A stretch of DNA of 64,000 nt, taken from positions 8,033,059 to 8,097,058 of the forward strand of contig CAVNZM010000002.1 of the NCBI GenBank assembly GCA_963693365.1, given 5' to 3'. Within the stretch, counting starts at the first letter, position 1. Each line of letters opens with the position of its first letter. Source of the stretch: Amoebidium appalachense (Eukaryota > Protista > Ichthyosporea). The position numbers and the translations under genes were made by a program. This document shows, piece after piece, positions 22,851 through 40,575 of this stretch. The notes beneath the pieces are model-generated. The model was not told where the DNA came from. It worked only from the letters and a program-made list of their open reading frames with translations, and made no database searches.

Positions 22851-24412
22851 GGAGGGAGGGAGGGAGAGAGAGGGGGAGAGAAAGAGGGAGAGGGAGAGAA
22901 GAGAGAGATCGAGATTGAGATCGATATGGTAAAAATGAAAAAACAGAAGGAAAACAGGAATAAATCAGGGTGTCATAATCACAAACACCACTAGACTTAA
23001 TACCGCCCAGTTCAGTCCATGCCACGTAACTTACACGTGTCTCCCTTTCATGTATATCTACCCCACCAACGGCAGGACCTCTTTGCCTCCTTACTCTGCC
23101 CCCCCCCCCCCCCCCCCCTCCCCCCACCCACCCAAATAAAATAAAAAAATAAAAAAAGGAAAGAAAGAAAGAGGAAAGAAAGAAAAAAAGAAATCTCCGG
23201 GCCCTTCCTCACCTCACTCCTTCCTCTCCCTTCCCTACTGGGTTATAACAGCCTCAGAAGTGACTCGCTGTGTCCTTTTCGAAAGTGCTTTGGTTATGTG
23301 CAGTGGGTGTCAAAGCGAGGAAATGGCAAGGGAAGGTAGATTAAGGAGGTATAAGAACGCAATTCGGGGGTGGGTGGGGGGGGGGGGGGGGGGGCGGGGA
23401 GACGAGGAGTTTGATATGCATGGTTGGGGATTGGAAAGGGATTATAAGGCGTGGTGGTGGTGGTGGTGGTGGTTGTGGGGCGGGGGGAGGGGGGGAGGGC
23501 GGTAGGGGGGGAGGGGGATTGCTTTATAAAGTACGAAGTACACATTTAGAAGGGACAACACAATGCCGAGTGCAAAGACATAAAGAGTGTGCATAACGAG
23601 GGAGGGGGTGGAGGAGGGGGGGGGGGGGGGGGTTGAATGCGGAACACGGTACGAAGTACGCATACACGAAGGACACATGCAAAGGCAAACATTCAAGTAT
23701 GCAACATCAGCCATGAGCACAGTATGCGTCATAAGCAGAGCCCACCCTCAGATAGGGCCCAAGTCATCAATTGCGTCTGAGTCACATGGCTTGCTAAAAA
23801 CAAGGTCTTTATAAGACTACTAACTGGGGGGGGGGGGGGGGGGGGGGGGCATCGCGGAAAGTGGGAAACAAAGCACGTACTGTTAAACCTAAAGAGACTC
23901 TATGTGTGTGTGTATGTGTGTGCCAGTGTGCGCGCTCGTCATAGCTGTACACGAGTGTTTGTGTGTTATGTGTGTGCGCGCGGGCTTGTGTGCATGTGTG
24001 TGCCTTTGAGGTGGTGGGGGGGGCTGTCAAAGAGAAAGAGAGCAACATCCGGCAAGAAGGGAGGGGCGGGGAGGGGGGGGGGAGACAAGCATGGGGAGGG
24101 AGGAGACAAAAAAAGAAACGGATGCGGTAGCCTGGGTAAAAATTGGGGTGTGACAGGAGTAGGAGAATCAAGGCCCTTGACAAACGGTGTAAGATGTATT
24201 AAGAAAGTAAAAGTGATGGCTCAGAAACCAATCTGGTACCGAAAGGAGTGAAAGCAGAAGAAAGGGGTAAGCAACTTGCATACCTGTGCCATATTGTGGC
24301 CATTGCTTGCTGTATCCTCTTCAACAGCTGTGTTCTCAAAACACAGATCGCTTAACTCTGAAGTAACCTCGTGAACTTCTGCCATCTTTGCTGCTCTGGG
24401 CAAGCCATCCAT
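18772..24412 (-). CDS. Hypothetical Ser/Arg-rich protein, spliced (predicted exons 24412-24284, 22605-22009, 20509-20455, 18863-18772)
   Basis: Phase-consistent GT-AG junctions (GTATGC, GTGAGG, GTAAGT donors; TGCAG acceptors), a 199-codon open exon, and ATG in AAACATGG context. No recognisable domain. The last exon is the least certain. Confidence 0.5.
19120..19406. mobile_element. Non-autonomous hAT-type MITE
   Basis: Imperfect 17-bp TIRs CAGGGCTGAGGCAGGTC / GACCCGCCCCACCCCTG. Perfect 8-bp TSD GGGAGAAG at 19112-19119 and 19407-19414. Subterminal (GACCC)n arrays. Confidence 0.85.
23518..23597 (-). mobile_element. Diverged short copy (D) of the poly(C)-ended dispersed family
   Basis: Reverse complement reads TTATGCACACTCTTTATGT...TGTGTACTTCGTACTTT...GCAATCCCCC and aligns to the 3' about 85 nt of 25978-26123. 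Confidence 0.75.
23633..23785 (-). mobile_element. Diverged copy (E) of the poly(C)-ended dispersed family
   Basis: Reverse complement contains GATGACTTGGGCCCTATCTGAGGGTGGGCTCTGCTTAT and ends GTACTTCGTAC...GCATTCAA then poly(C). Confidence 0.8.
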
Positions 24413-25194
24413 GTTTGCACCGGTGTGCTTGAACTGAGGAGAGGGGGTGGCGGTAGAGGTGGTATAAGAGATAGAATAGGGCAAATGGGTAACAGAGGCG
24501 GCCGAACCCAAAAGCGAGAAGCGAAAGGTAAAGTGGTTGAGTTTGGAGGGTGGGGGGGGGGGGGGGGTTGAGAGGATGGGAAAAGGATGGAGGGAGGGGA
24601 GGGGGGGGTTAGAAAGTGCATAGTATCAAGCTCAAATGCTCAATAAAGGAACTGTTGCAGCAGGTTTAAAAGCAGGCAGACCACGTGAGTAACAAGGCTT
24701 TTAGGACTGGTTGGTTGTAGAAAGAGATGAAGGGGGGAGAAAGAGGGGGGGGTGGGGGGAGGGAAAGGGAGGGGGGGGGGCGGGGGGGGGGGGGGGCAGA
24801 TAAGCACGTTGTAGTGGTAAATGAAGGCGCAAAAGCTTATAGCTGTAAACAAATTTAGACAAGCACGCAACCACTTAGGTATTAGTCACTGTGTCATCAA
24901 TTCTTTCCCAACTTTCAAAGCTTTTCCGTGTTCACCCCTACGCTGCCCATATACAATAGTACTAGTTCTCAGAAACTTCGCTTCCCAGCCTACTTTTTTT
25001 CCTTTTTGGTATCCCCCCCAATGGGCAGCAAACATTACTGCTCTTGCGCCACTTACGTTTTTTGTACGTTTTTGCACAATCGTGAACACCTGCAGCTGCC
25101 GCTATATAAGTTCAAGCTCGTGGACACGGTGACAGTTTGAACCACGACCACCTCAGTTTGCCGGTCAAGAAGAGGCTCGAGTATAACCTTGGCG

Positions 25195-25400
25195 TTTGAC
25201 GTCATATCGCGCGTTTCTTGGCTGAGTATTAGTCATCAAGAACCAGAAAGGGTCTACTCGATGAAGACTAGATGCGATGCTCGATTGTGATTGGTCGTTA
25301 CGACATCAAAAATTGTGAGCCAAATAGTCATTTATGGTTATTGGTTGGTTGTAATGTCGGGGATTGGTCAATGGTCACGCCGCGGCCTTGGCTCATGCAG
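25195..25400. promoter_or_regulatory. Possible promoter region upstream of the minus-strand gene at 24412
   Basis: CpG-containing, microsatellite-free stretch with TGACGTCA at 25197 and three ATTGG (CCAAT) boxes. Motif evidence only. Confidence 0.3.
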
Positions 25401-25977
25401 TTGAAAAGTTCAGAGAGCTGACCTGTGGGCTGAGCTCGGCAAGATCAGCTGGCAAGATCCTCGAAGTTTATTAGCACAAAACGTGTTTTTTTCATTGACA
25501 CCACAAATGAAGTCCAGTACATACTGTAATTCTGCTGCCCGCTCACGATTAACTATACAGTTTCTTGCTCACGTCCAATTCTTCGTTTCCACGAACTCAT
25601 ATGGCTTTTTTCCCAAGACGTTTAAATGATGTCCCCTAGCATGGGGACATGCTCAGGCTGTCAGGTGGTTACTGTTTTTGTCTTGACCCGAACATGCCAT
25701 TCCTGAGGCAAAATCTTCTCTTTCCGTTCTTTATAACGGACCAAGGCTTGGTGCATGCAAGCCAGGCACGTAGTTCAATTCACACGTCTTACTTGCGTGA
25801 AAAGGTCTCTCTCTCCCCCCCTCCCCTTCCCTCCTCCCCTTCCCTTGCTGCCTCCCTCCCTCCTTCGCTGACGCGCTCTCGTTCTTTCTCCCTCCCTTCC
25901 TCCTTCCCTACCTCCCTTCCCTCCCTCCCTCCCTCCTTTCGTCCTTCCCTCCTTCCTTCCCCCCCCCCCCCCCCCCC

Positions 25978-26123
25978 AGGTCGAAACTCGGGTACTGTGG
26001 ATGACGTGGGCCCCCCCTGAGGATGGGCTCTGCTTATTATGCATACTCTTTATGTATGGCTTGCATTCTGCATCGTGTTATCCGTTTGTTCTTGTGTACT
26101 TCGTACTTTTTGACGCATTCAAA
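25978..26123 (+). mobile_element. Copy A of the poly(C)-ended dispersed family (5'-truncated)
   Basis: Essentially identical to 53002-53147; poly(C) on both sides. Confidence 0.85.
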
Positions 26124-27798
26124 CCCCCCCCCCCCCCCTCCCCTTCCCCCCTCCCTCATCCCCTTCCTCAGTCCTTTCCTGCCGAGGCTTCCTATGTCAC
26201 CTCCCTCCCCCTCCCCCCGTCGCCCCTTCCGAAAACCCTTTTCCTAAAGTTTCTCTCCCTCTCCCCTTCCGTGTCACCCATACTTCCCTCTCTCTCTTTC
26301 TCTCTCTCTCTCCCCCCCCCCCCCTCCCCCTCCCCCTCCCCCCGGGCCAGCCCGCCCGGCAGCCCTACAAGCACAGCTGAGGCCGTGGTGAACCGTGGCT
26401 GTGCTGACAGTCTACATTCCATCCGGGTATGTTGGGCCCAATCCCCGGGTTCCATATAGGACACTTAGTAACTGGTGGATCTGCACACAAGATTACACAC
26501 AAACCCCGCGTACAGAATCTCAGACTGTGCCATCGTTGCAGATGGCATGCAGGAGGCAAGTGTACCGGCATTTCAAGACCACACCCAAGCTATGAATGGT
26601 GTTACTGTGTTAGGCAACGCTTGACCACCCCCTCCACCTTCATCTCCTTTCTTTCTCCCCACCCGCCCCCTCCCGGGCTAGAGAGCCCCAGAATTTTTAC
26701 GTTTGTAAATATGATAATACGTCCAGGTGCCGTTGGTGATGTGTGTCGTTCACGTCTTTTTGTTTTGCTGAAAACGGGATGGGGAGTAGGAGGGCATGGC
26801 TGTTGGCTGGTTAAGCCCTCTGGTTTGTTGGGTTGCAAGAGCGGCTAGAGACACGAGAAACGGAGTACGTCTTTATGAGGCCGGGGGGGGGGGGGGGGAA
26901 GGGGGGGTTGGTTGGTGGTGGTTGGGAGGAGAGAGGGGGGGTATGGATGAGCAATTTCCACGGTAGAGCCCTTGACTTGAAATTGTGTGAAAATTCGGTT
27001 GGTTACTGCAAACCTCATACTATAAATCCAGTGAATGCAACTTACTGGGGTACAGCGTGTGCAACTTGTACACAGTATTAATGTGGTATGGGGCCTTCTA
27101 AATGCTCTCTCAATCGTGTATAAATGCCACTACATTATTGTGAAGATTTTACTTATGGGCCACCCGCCCATATCCAATAACCGTATGAAACCACAAAGAG
27201 CTCGAGTTCGCTGTCACTCCTCCCCTGAGCCCCCCTCCCCCCCCCCCCCCAAAAAAAAAGAAAAAAGGCAGACACAACACATAAGCCACCATGTAGACAC
27301 ACGCACAACATTTTTGACACTGTGTGCGTGTGTGCCCTCACACACACACACACAAAGCAATCACATTCGTGCACACACAGACACGCAAACCGGCACGAAC
27401 ACCGTGAACACGTGGCACACAAACAACACCGCACACAGACCGTGCCCGAAGTGGTCAGTAGTGCCACCGGGGGAAGGGAAGGGGGTGGGCCGGGGGGGGG
27501 GGGAGGGGGGGGGAGGGGGGGGGATAGGGGGGAGGGGGGGGGGGGGGGGGGTTAGCGAAAGGGACCCCATCCTGCAGTTTGGGCACTGTGTGAAAGTCGC
27601 GAATGTTAACTTGTTCACTTCGTTTTGCATGACCCCCCCCCCCCCCTCCCTCCCCCTCTCCCCCCCCTCCACCCGCCCTCCCCTCCTTGCCCCACTAGTC
27701 GCTGTTCGTTTCAATGTGCAAACTTTAATCCTCCATCCTCGGAGTCCTCTCCCTTGTACATGTGGTGGTAACTTCAATGTGCACACTGTAAGTTACCT

Positions 27799-27835
<37 letters not shown>

Positions 27836-27860
27836 CCAAAGCCTATGACTGCAAAGTCAG

Positions 27861-27896
<36 letters not shown>

Positions 27897-28714
27897 CCTC
27901 CTCATCCCAGCCCTTTGTACGTGTACGAGTGTGCGTGTGCGTTCAGTGTGTGTGTGTGTGTGCGCCATTTTTATAAGCATCTTATACTTCATATGCATAC
28001 CCTCGTGAACAGACATGAGCACGTAGACGTCGACTGACCCAAAGCTCAAACTTTGGGGCACGACCAATGCCCAGTTTATTGCCCACTGCCTCCCCCAACA
28101 CACCCAATCGTGTTCCTTATATAGACTACATCTACCCTCATACACAATTGGGATCTCTGGAAGCACGGCACTTAGATAAACCTCTCTCCACATAGACATA
28201 ACTCGGTGATTATGTGTACATGCTGCCAAACTGATAACCGTGTATTGCAATAATGTTCCTACCAATCACTTAGTGGTAAATAATTAACGCTAGTGCTCGA
28301 TTATTATGTCTTGATTTCTCACACGACAACAATACCAACCCCCTGGGTAAAGGTCATTGACCATACATCGAAGGGCCGAAAATTGTGGCTGTTACATGTA
28401 TGGTGCCGGACATCGTAGGTGACCCCTCCGAAAATTTAGATCTTATAGCCAGATCGCGGCTAATAAGTCCTCTGAATATTTTTTTTTTTCTTCGGACGCC
28501 GTGGGGCGTAACGTTAACCGACATTTTTCGACGCGCCTGAATGAGGGCTATCAGCCTACGCTTTCAGATTTTCAAAAATGTCAAAAAATAAAAGTTTTCT
28601 CCTTGTGAAATTTTGGGGCCCATGAGGGGTGGCTATGACGTCATCAATTTTTGCACGGTCATATTTCTTGTACCTGATATAGCTAACAGTTTACACACAT
28701 TTACATTATCATCT

Positions 28715-28870
28715 AAACCTGTACCTGTAGTTCCAGAATACAAAGATCTTGGTGTTCCGGTTAATTCTGTTGGTGTTATGTTTTCCCATATGGTCGAAAA
28801 GAGGGTAGAGCTGGCTCGTAAGTGGTTAGCTTTCTTCTCGGCTAATATTTTTAAAGACACACCCCGTGGC
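28715..28870 (+). pseudogene. Fragment of a non-LTR (LINE) reverse transcriptase C-terminal region
   Basis: PVPVVPEYKDLGVPVNSVGVMFSHMVEKRVELARKWLAFF resembles the (Y/F)KYLG motif of RT domain 7 and the following thumb helix. Confidence 0.55.
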
Positions 28871-28898
28871 ACCCCAAATCGTAACATCAACTCCCTAC

Positions 28899-28940
<42 letters not shown>

Positions 28941-29275
28941 TGCTACTCCCAACTCCCCCCCCCCCCGATTAAAGAAAACAAAATAAAAAGAAATAATTTA
29001 AAAATTAAAACTTTGAAAATAACTAAAAAGTTTAAACATGAAAAAAAAAAACTGGAAAACCAATCCAGCAAACCGAAAGAGCACACCACAACCAACGCCT
29101 ATTCCCCTGCCACCATCATGCCTGCATGTGTGCACACACTGTCCTCCACTGCCCCAGCTCAAACTGCCGACGGCAAAACCCCCATGGCCACCCTGCAGCA
29201 TGTTGATTGGGTGAGTGGGGGCAGCATGCATGCAGACACGTGTGTTTGCGTTCGTGTTTGTGTTGTGTGTGTGTG

Positions 29276-29380
<105 letters not shown>

Positions 29381-29755
29381 TGTGTGTGTGTGTCTGTGTG
29401 TGTGTGTGTGCCTGAGTTCATACAACACTGTCAACACATCCGTTGAAAATCTGCACCAATCAGCACGAGGTATGTCTTTGTGCAATGTCCAGGAATGATA
29501 GTGTAGACTTAAATTCGTGCAAACATCAGTCAACGAATCGAATGAAGACTACACCAGAAGACAGAGGGGCAGAGGGAGAGAGAAACGAGGGGGATATGGG
29601 GGGGGGGGGGGGGGGGGGGGGGGGGGAGATGATGGAGCGCGCAAGATGAGGGAGAGCCGGAGGGACAGAGGGACAGGGAGGGAGAGAGGGGGGGGGAGGG
29701 ACAGGGAGGGAGGGAGAGAGAGGAGGAGGGGGGAGAGGGAGAGCAAGTGAGAGGG

Positions 29756-29849
<94 letters not shown>

Positions 29850-29872
29850 ACCACCCACCTATGTACTCCTCC

Positions 29873-33720
<3,848 letters not shown>

Positions 33721-33915
33721 GGTGGTGGGGTGGGAGTATGGGGAGAGGGGAGGGGAGGGGGAAGGGGGGACAGGAGGGGGGTTTTTTCCCTTAGACATCA
33801 GTGAATGAATATCAGATAGGGGCACGGTACTATCTTTCAACAAGACTATGAGTTTGAACCCCAGTTCTCGTGCCGAGCATCATGATGGTTTTTCCCTGTG
33901 TCCCTGTGTGTGTGT

Positions 33916-34026
<111 letters not shown>

Positions 34027-34452
34027 ACCGCGCGCTCGCGCGTGCGTGCGCGTGTATGTTTGTGACGGCATCTATGTGTTATTGTGTCTTTCTGTGTGAA
34101 TTGCGTTTGTGTGTGGGGGGGGTGTATTTGTGCATCGGTAAATACAGTAAGTTGAATGAAGCTGAATATGTTGCTATAGAGAGTGGAGGTGCCCTTTGAT
34201 GACGTTTGCTAACGTCAAGGAGTTCAACGGCGGAACGGTTTGAGATGAAAATTCGCCAGTAAAAACATTCGATATATGTGGCCTTTCCTGCTGCGCCGAT
34301 TTCTCTTATGTGGCCTTTCGTGCCGCTCTGCCGATATTTTTGTGGATCATCACGAGGCAGTTGCGGAAGACGGAAGTAATAAGAGAAGGAGCAGGGAACA
34401 ACACCTGATCAATAAGTTGGCCGTTTGATGTTGGAAAGTGGGCCGAGAGAGA

Positions 34453-34493
<41 letters not shown>

Positions 34494-34557
34494 AGGGATG
34501 ATGTGCAGCTGCAGCACTTTTGCATTTTTTTGTGAGGGACTCCAGGGGGGAGGTTAA

Positions 34558-34718
34558 ACCAACCACCGCGTCTCCCATTTTAGCGTCTGGGCGTGGCTAG
34601 CCGAGATCCACATTTCTCCTGTCCGATGTCGAAACGGCGTCATGGAATTTGTGCACAAAATGACGTCACCAATATGGCTCGCCGCTCAGCAGCTAAAATG
34701 GACGTAGCGGTGGTTGCT
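34558..34718. mobile_element. Non-autonomous DNA transposon with TTAA TSD (Kolobok-like MITE)
   Basis: TTAA|ACCAACCACCGCGTCTCCCATTTTAGC ... GCTAAAATGGACGTAGCGGTGGTTGCT|TTAA. Imperfect TIRs of about 27 bp. The A(G/C) termini fit Kolobok (RR..YY) better than piggyBac (CCY). Confidence 0.75.
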
Positions 34719-34982
34719 TTAAATTAATTAAGGGGTCACAGATACATGCGTACCTGTTTGTGAGCATAATGTTTGTTTGTTTGTTTGTTTGTTTATGTGT
34801 GTTTGTGTGTGCAAGCGTGACAAAGTGTGTGTGGATGTGTGCGTGCGCGCATGCCTGCGCGACCGTGCCGCCGTGTGTGCGGGTATGTGTGGGACCCGCG
34901 GGGGCATGGGTGTGGATGTGGGTGTGGATGTAAACTCAGTAAGGTGTTTTCAATATGGAATTTCAAGTTGAAGTGAGGTGTG

Positions 34983-35056
<74 letters not shown>

Positions 35057-36473
35057 GAGGGGGGAGCGGAGGAGGGGAGGCTCGGAGTCCTGTGTTCAAT
35101 TGCTCTAACAAAAAAGGAACCAGGTATTTGGCTGAGTGCAAACCGTTAGGGGGGGGAGGAAGGGGAGGGAGGGAGGGCAGGAGGGGGAGGACGGGGGAGG
35201 TGGGTGCTAGGAGGGAACAATACAAATGGGGAGGGGAAAGGGGCCCCCCGGTGCCGGGCGACGAGGCGGAAACGCGAAAGGCGTGGGGGAGGTGCTGGGA
35301 AGAGGGGAGGGGGGGGGAGGGGGGGGGGCAGGGGGGGGTGGTTCGTTTTTAGCGGTGAACATCTGTGGCTCCGATGAGCACATGTGTGCACGTGCACTGA
35401 CTCACGTTCATGTTCGTGCACGTGGCCATGGAGAAGCTGCCCGGACTCGGCCGCGGATATATATGGGACATTCGCGGCGGGCGTCGTGGCCCGGCAGGCC
35501 GGCCCGGACAAAATAGTACTTTGGCAGAGCCTTCATCCCAAATTATTGTCACACCGTTTCCATAGTTATAAGGGAAGAGGGCTCGATCAGTCTGAGTGCA
35601 CAAGAATTGTCTGTGGAGCTCTTTTTTCTTTCTCTCTTTCCTTTCAAGTTCACATTTGCCTTGTAGAATGCTATGTTCTCCCGCAGGCTTTTTGATTGGT
35701 GCCCAGGAAACTTGTGCAAATAACATCGTAATTCCGTCACAGCTTGGAGCCCATACTTCCTTGATATATTATCAATTTTCCAGTAAGAAGCTACCCTGCG
35801 TGCGATATATTTTGTTGATTCACTCCACTCACATATATAGACAAATAAGTAAGCTTCAAAGAGCAATGGTGGTTGCAAGTTGAAGCAAGCTTTGTCAAGT
35901 CCAATAAAGTATCATTTGCCCTACTCATCCAATCGTGTGCCGCTTTTCTATTCCAAAGGCAGCGATTGGCTCACTGCCAAGACATATGGGGTGTCCCCGC
36001 GAACTCCCCGCCCCCTGGGCCCCCGGGCCCCGGCTCCCAAAATAGCAACACCAGCTAGCTGGTGTGAATGTGAAAGCATCTGGTTTTGCATTCGGTTTAT
36101 TGATTGTATTTGACCATTAAATATGTTTCCCGTAACCCCCCGTGCAAAAAATGTATGCTGTAGCGCTGGACGCACGAAGGCTGCTAGTTGACAGGGCTAA
36201 CAAAACCCCCATTTTCCAGAATTTCATTTCACAAATTTGTTGCAAAGGACATTAGGGCAAAGGTTCACAATACCTAGCACGCTGTAACAACACCCATTGC
36301 GCAAGCTTCGATTAAATACAAGACAAAATTCTCATAACTATATGTTGTCTCTTTCTGCTATATTTTATCGAAAGCACAAGAACTCGGTAATGTCTAAATA
36401 GGTTTTCATTATACCGCTCGTTTATTTTCAAATTTGATCTTAGACCCTCAGTGTACAGGGGATCAAGCGCCTT

Positions 36474-36570
36474 TCCACGTCAGCCAATCGTTGATTTTTA
36501 ATAACATTCCGTTGCGGCTAAACACTGTATATAAAGGAGCGAGGGTCTCAGACTCACAGTTGCGGCTAAG
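36474..36570 (+). promoter_or_regulatory. Putative core promoter of the subtilisin gene
   Basis: ACGTCA, then CCAAT at 36484, TATATAAA at 36528-36535 and Inr-like TCACAGTT about 25 nt later. The direct repeat GTTGCGGCTAA flanks the TATA box. Confidence 0.45.
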
Positions 36571-36922
36571 CTTGACGTGATCACTCGGACTTCAAGCCAA
36601 GAACCGTCGGTGACAGAGAACGTGAGAACAATTCAGATAAGGCCACACATGTGATTCCAATTCATGCAGTTAGGCAACCTTTTAGTTAGTAGCCAACAGT
36701 AGAGGTCTCAGGAGACACCGGGCCTGTCCTAGGCCTTTACCACCTTCACACGTTTCCCGTAAACCAAGTGTACGCAGGCAATCTGCCCATTTTTCGCTGC
36801 TTTCTGTGAACCGTAGCAAGACGAAACGAGCCCAACACCCACAAAATTTGCCATTTACACTGAAATACTGCAATTTGTTAATATAAATCACATATTTTCA
36901 CAAATCCTGCTAATTTTCAATC

Positions 36923-37652
36923 ATGTTGCCCCGTGTTTTTGTCTCGGCATTATGTTGCGTCGGATTTGCCGGCCGGATCCTGGCCGTCCCAGTCGAACCC
37001 AAGGGGTTGGTGGCTGATGTAAACGATGTCTTTGATAGTCTAATGGACGACTTTCTCACACCGGATTTGACGCCGATGATGACGCCCATTCTAGGTATGT
37101 GTGCCTGCAGGGGTCAGAATTTGTTTGGATTTGGAGAGTGTGCAAGCAGTGTTTGCACGCCGAATGCCCACATGGACAGGCTGTATCTGGTGTGCACAGA
37201 GGCATTTCATGTAGCTGCATCCCCAATGGCATTACGGGAATGTTTTCGTGTGTGTGAGAATCTGGTTGTTTGTGTGTTTTGTGCCTTGAGCTTCTTTCGG
37301 TCTGCTGTTCTTGCGTTGCCACTTATCCAAGAGGGGAGGTGTGAGGTGTGTGTGATTGTGTGTGTAAGTTTTCGCCTGACTCTCTCTGTGCTGCTTGCGT
37401 GCGCCATCGTTGTGTTCTAGGTCACATTTACAGACCGCGAGTGAGGAAAATCACATGCAGGTGTCTGCATGGGTGTGTATGTGCGGTTGTGTGTGTATGG
37501 GTTCCCAACTTCCCTGGCTCTCTGTTTTGCATGACGGTGGTTGGATTATTTGCACGTGTGTTTCATTAGTATTCGCATGCGCGATGGTGTGTGAAATGTG
37601 TTGCTGCCTGTGTGTACTGCTGCTGGATGGGTTTTTAGCCACACACGTGTGT

Positions 37653-37689
<37 letters not shown>

Positions 37690-37711
37690 GCGGTGTGTGT
37701 GTGTGTGTTGC

Positions 37712-37783
<72 letters not shown>

Positions 37784-40019
37784 TGTGTGCGTGCGCGCGT
37801 GTGCGTGTGTGTGCGTTCGTACACTCAGAAAACACGTGCTTGTGGAAGGTTGTGTACTTATACGTTGTGCATTTAGCCTACCAGACCTTGTGTGTGCAAG
37901 TTGTACAGTACAATCTACTGCAAAATCTAATGCAACATCTGAAAACCCTCTCCGCAGATGCTGAAGGGTTTCGATACCTGATTCTCTTCAATGCAACCAC
38001 CACCAAAGAACAAATCAACAGTATGATGGAGGAGTTTCCCATTCTCAAGGAAGCAAAACACTTCCTTTTTGAGAATCCGGAAAAGGACCCTCTGAGGAAG
38101 GTGGAGGGATTGATTGTGTCTATGGCCGAAAACATTGCCGAGGTGCTGAAAAAGAATCCATTTGTGCAGCACATAGAATTGGCACAGCACGTGGTTGAGA
38201 ATGGTACGTGCCAGTGCTGAGTTTTCCCTAATTTCCATCACGGATTCCCTCTAGAACAAGTTTCTTTCCTACACTACATTACCTTCTCCCCCCTCACCCC
38301 CTCCTTTCCTCCCCTTATTCCCCCCCCCCCCCCCCCCCCCTTTTCAGCTTAACAGACCCTTCGTCTCTTTCTCTGCTCCCCTGCCTGTTACTCCCCCCCC
38401 CCCCCCCCCCCCCGCGCCCTTTTCAATTTAGCCTCTACACCCCACCAATCCCCCCTCCCCCTCCCCCCCCCCCCCCTTCCCCCCCCATCTCCCAAGCATC
38501 AACCCTCCCCTTCCCCTCCCTCCATCTACCCAGCATCCCCAACTCCCTCCCCCTCCTCCCCTCCTTCCCCCTCCCCCTCCCCTTCCGGCCCCCCACCATG
38601 CCTGCCCGCCTGCCCGCCGCCGCCGCCACCACCATCGCAGCTTCTTCCCCGTCATGTACAATGTGCATAGGGAAGTGCCATCACACAGCAATACATTCAT
38701 TCTTCCATTTTATTAACCGGCATCTTCCCCACTTCCTCCCCATCAGACCCCCCCCAGCATGTATCCAGCACCGCAGACTTCACCTTCAAAACCTACTCCC
38801 TCCCTGAGAGCCGCACGGCCAGTTCCAACCCCTGTACGATGGTGCAAGAGGATGCCCCCTGGCACCTTGCCCGGCTATCAAGAAACACATCCATGAACAG
38901 CAGAAGACAGACGGGCCCTTACTACTACCCTCCTAATGCTGGAAAGGGTGTGGATGTGTATGTGGTGGATAGGTAACACCCATCTCTCCCTTTCTCCCCC
39001 TTTCTCACTCCTCCCTCCCTTCCCCCGATCTCCCCATCCTTCCACCTCCCCATCCCCCCACACACATGTAGGCCATCACCACCACCACCACCACACACAA
39101 GGATACACAGATAGCAACACACGTAAGATCTAACCCGTCCCCCTACCGCTTCCCCACGCTTCCCCACAACCACCACCAACACCACCACCATCCACCTGCC
39201 TACCCAACTCAAAACACACATACCCCCCCATCAACTCAAACTTCCCATTCAATGACCAGACGACCACCCCACCCGCCACCAAAAATCTTCTAGATTGTAG
39301 CAACCTCTAACGGCGTCACCTCAAGAGCATTACACACCGTTACAGATCGAATAGTAAAACCTGCAACATAAGAACAACACATACGTGCACAGAAACAAGA
39401 ACTTGTATTTGACAAAACCTTAGTAGCACGCCTACATAAAACAAATATCACATGCCTTCACAAAGCACAGCCACTCTTCTTGGAACCCCAAACAACAACA
39501 CAAACCAACCCACTCTCTATCCACAGTGGTGTGGACATTAGCAACCCGCTCTTTGAAGGTTGTGCCGTGAAGGGTGTTGATGTGACCAATGGGAACCACG
39601 AAGACACCACGGGTCACGGCACACACGTTGCTGGTCTGATCTGCTCCCCCATGTTTGGGACTGCAAAGAGCTCAAGGGTCATCTCTGTGAAGGTATAGCT
39701 AAGCAGCCCCCTCCCCCCCCCCCCTTCCCCCTCCCCCCCCCCACCACCCACCCACACACAAACACACACACCACCACCACCACCCAAACACACACGCTTC
39801 TTCCTGGTATCTCTCCATTGCCGTGCCTACAGAGTAATTATGAATGTGTGCATATCCTCCGTTAACCTAAAACCAGGCACATTTGCAAGCACATGCATTT
39901 GCATATGCACACTCCCCTAAACGCTCTTGTTATTTACACTCGTACTCAACCTCCTATAATCATATGCACTCGTACACACACCCACACCCACACACACCCA
40001 CACCCACACACCCACACAC

Positions 40020-40066
<47 letters not shown>

Positions 40067-40276
40067 ACACAGACACACACACACACACAGACACGCACGT
40101 ACTCAACCCGGCCTTAGGTACAGGCTGCACGCACGCACAAAAGCCCCCCCCCCCCCCCCCCCCCCCCCCCAACATAAAAGGAATACTATAAAACATCTCT
40201 TTTCCTTGTAGAAAACAACATGTGAAGTGTGGCAAGAGTGCATTCAGGGATAGGGCCCGTTTCCTAAGTGGCTGTT

Positions 40277-40313
<37 letters not shown>

Positions 40314-40542
40314 GAGGTGGGGGAGCAGCCCGGGGAGAGGAATGGGAGGGGGGGATGGGGGGGGGGGGGGGGGGGGAGGGGGGAAAGAAGGTGAAATCTA
40401 ACACAGCCCGGGACAGGTATTTGATGGGCCCATGACCAGTGGGGGTTACATTTTGGCCGGTCTCGAGTGGGCCTACAACAACATCAAGAAGTATGCCTCT
40501 CTCTCTCCCTCCCTCCCTCCCCCCCCCCCCCCCCCCCCCCCT

Positions 40543-40575
<33 letters not shown>

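Noticed and set aside
26370-26625. Plus-strand exon-like segments downstream of the 25200 promoter-like region
   Set aside because: Splice phases could not be chained and no domain was recognised.
28340-28715. DNA-transposon-like AT-rich segment
   Set aside because: No TIR pair or TSD could be found.
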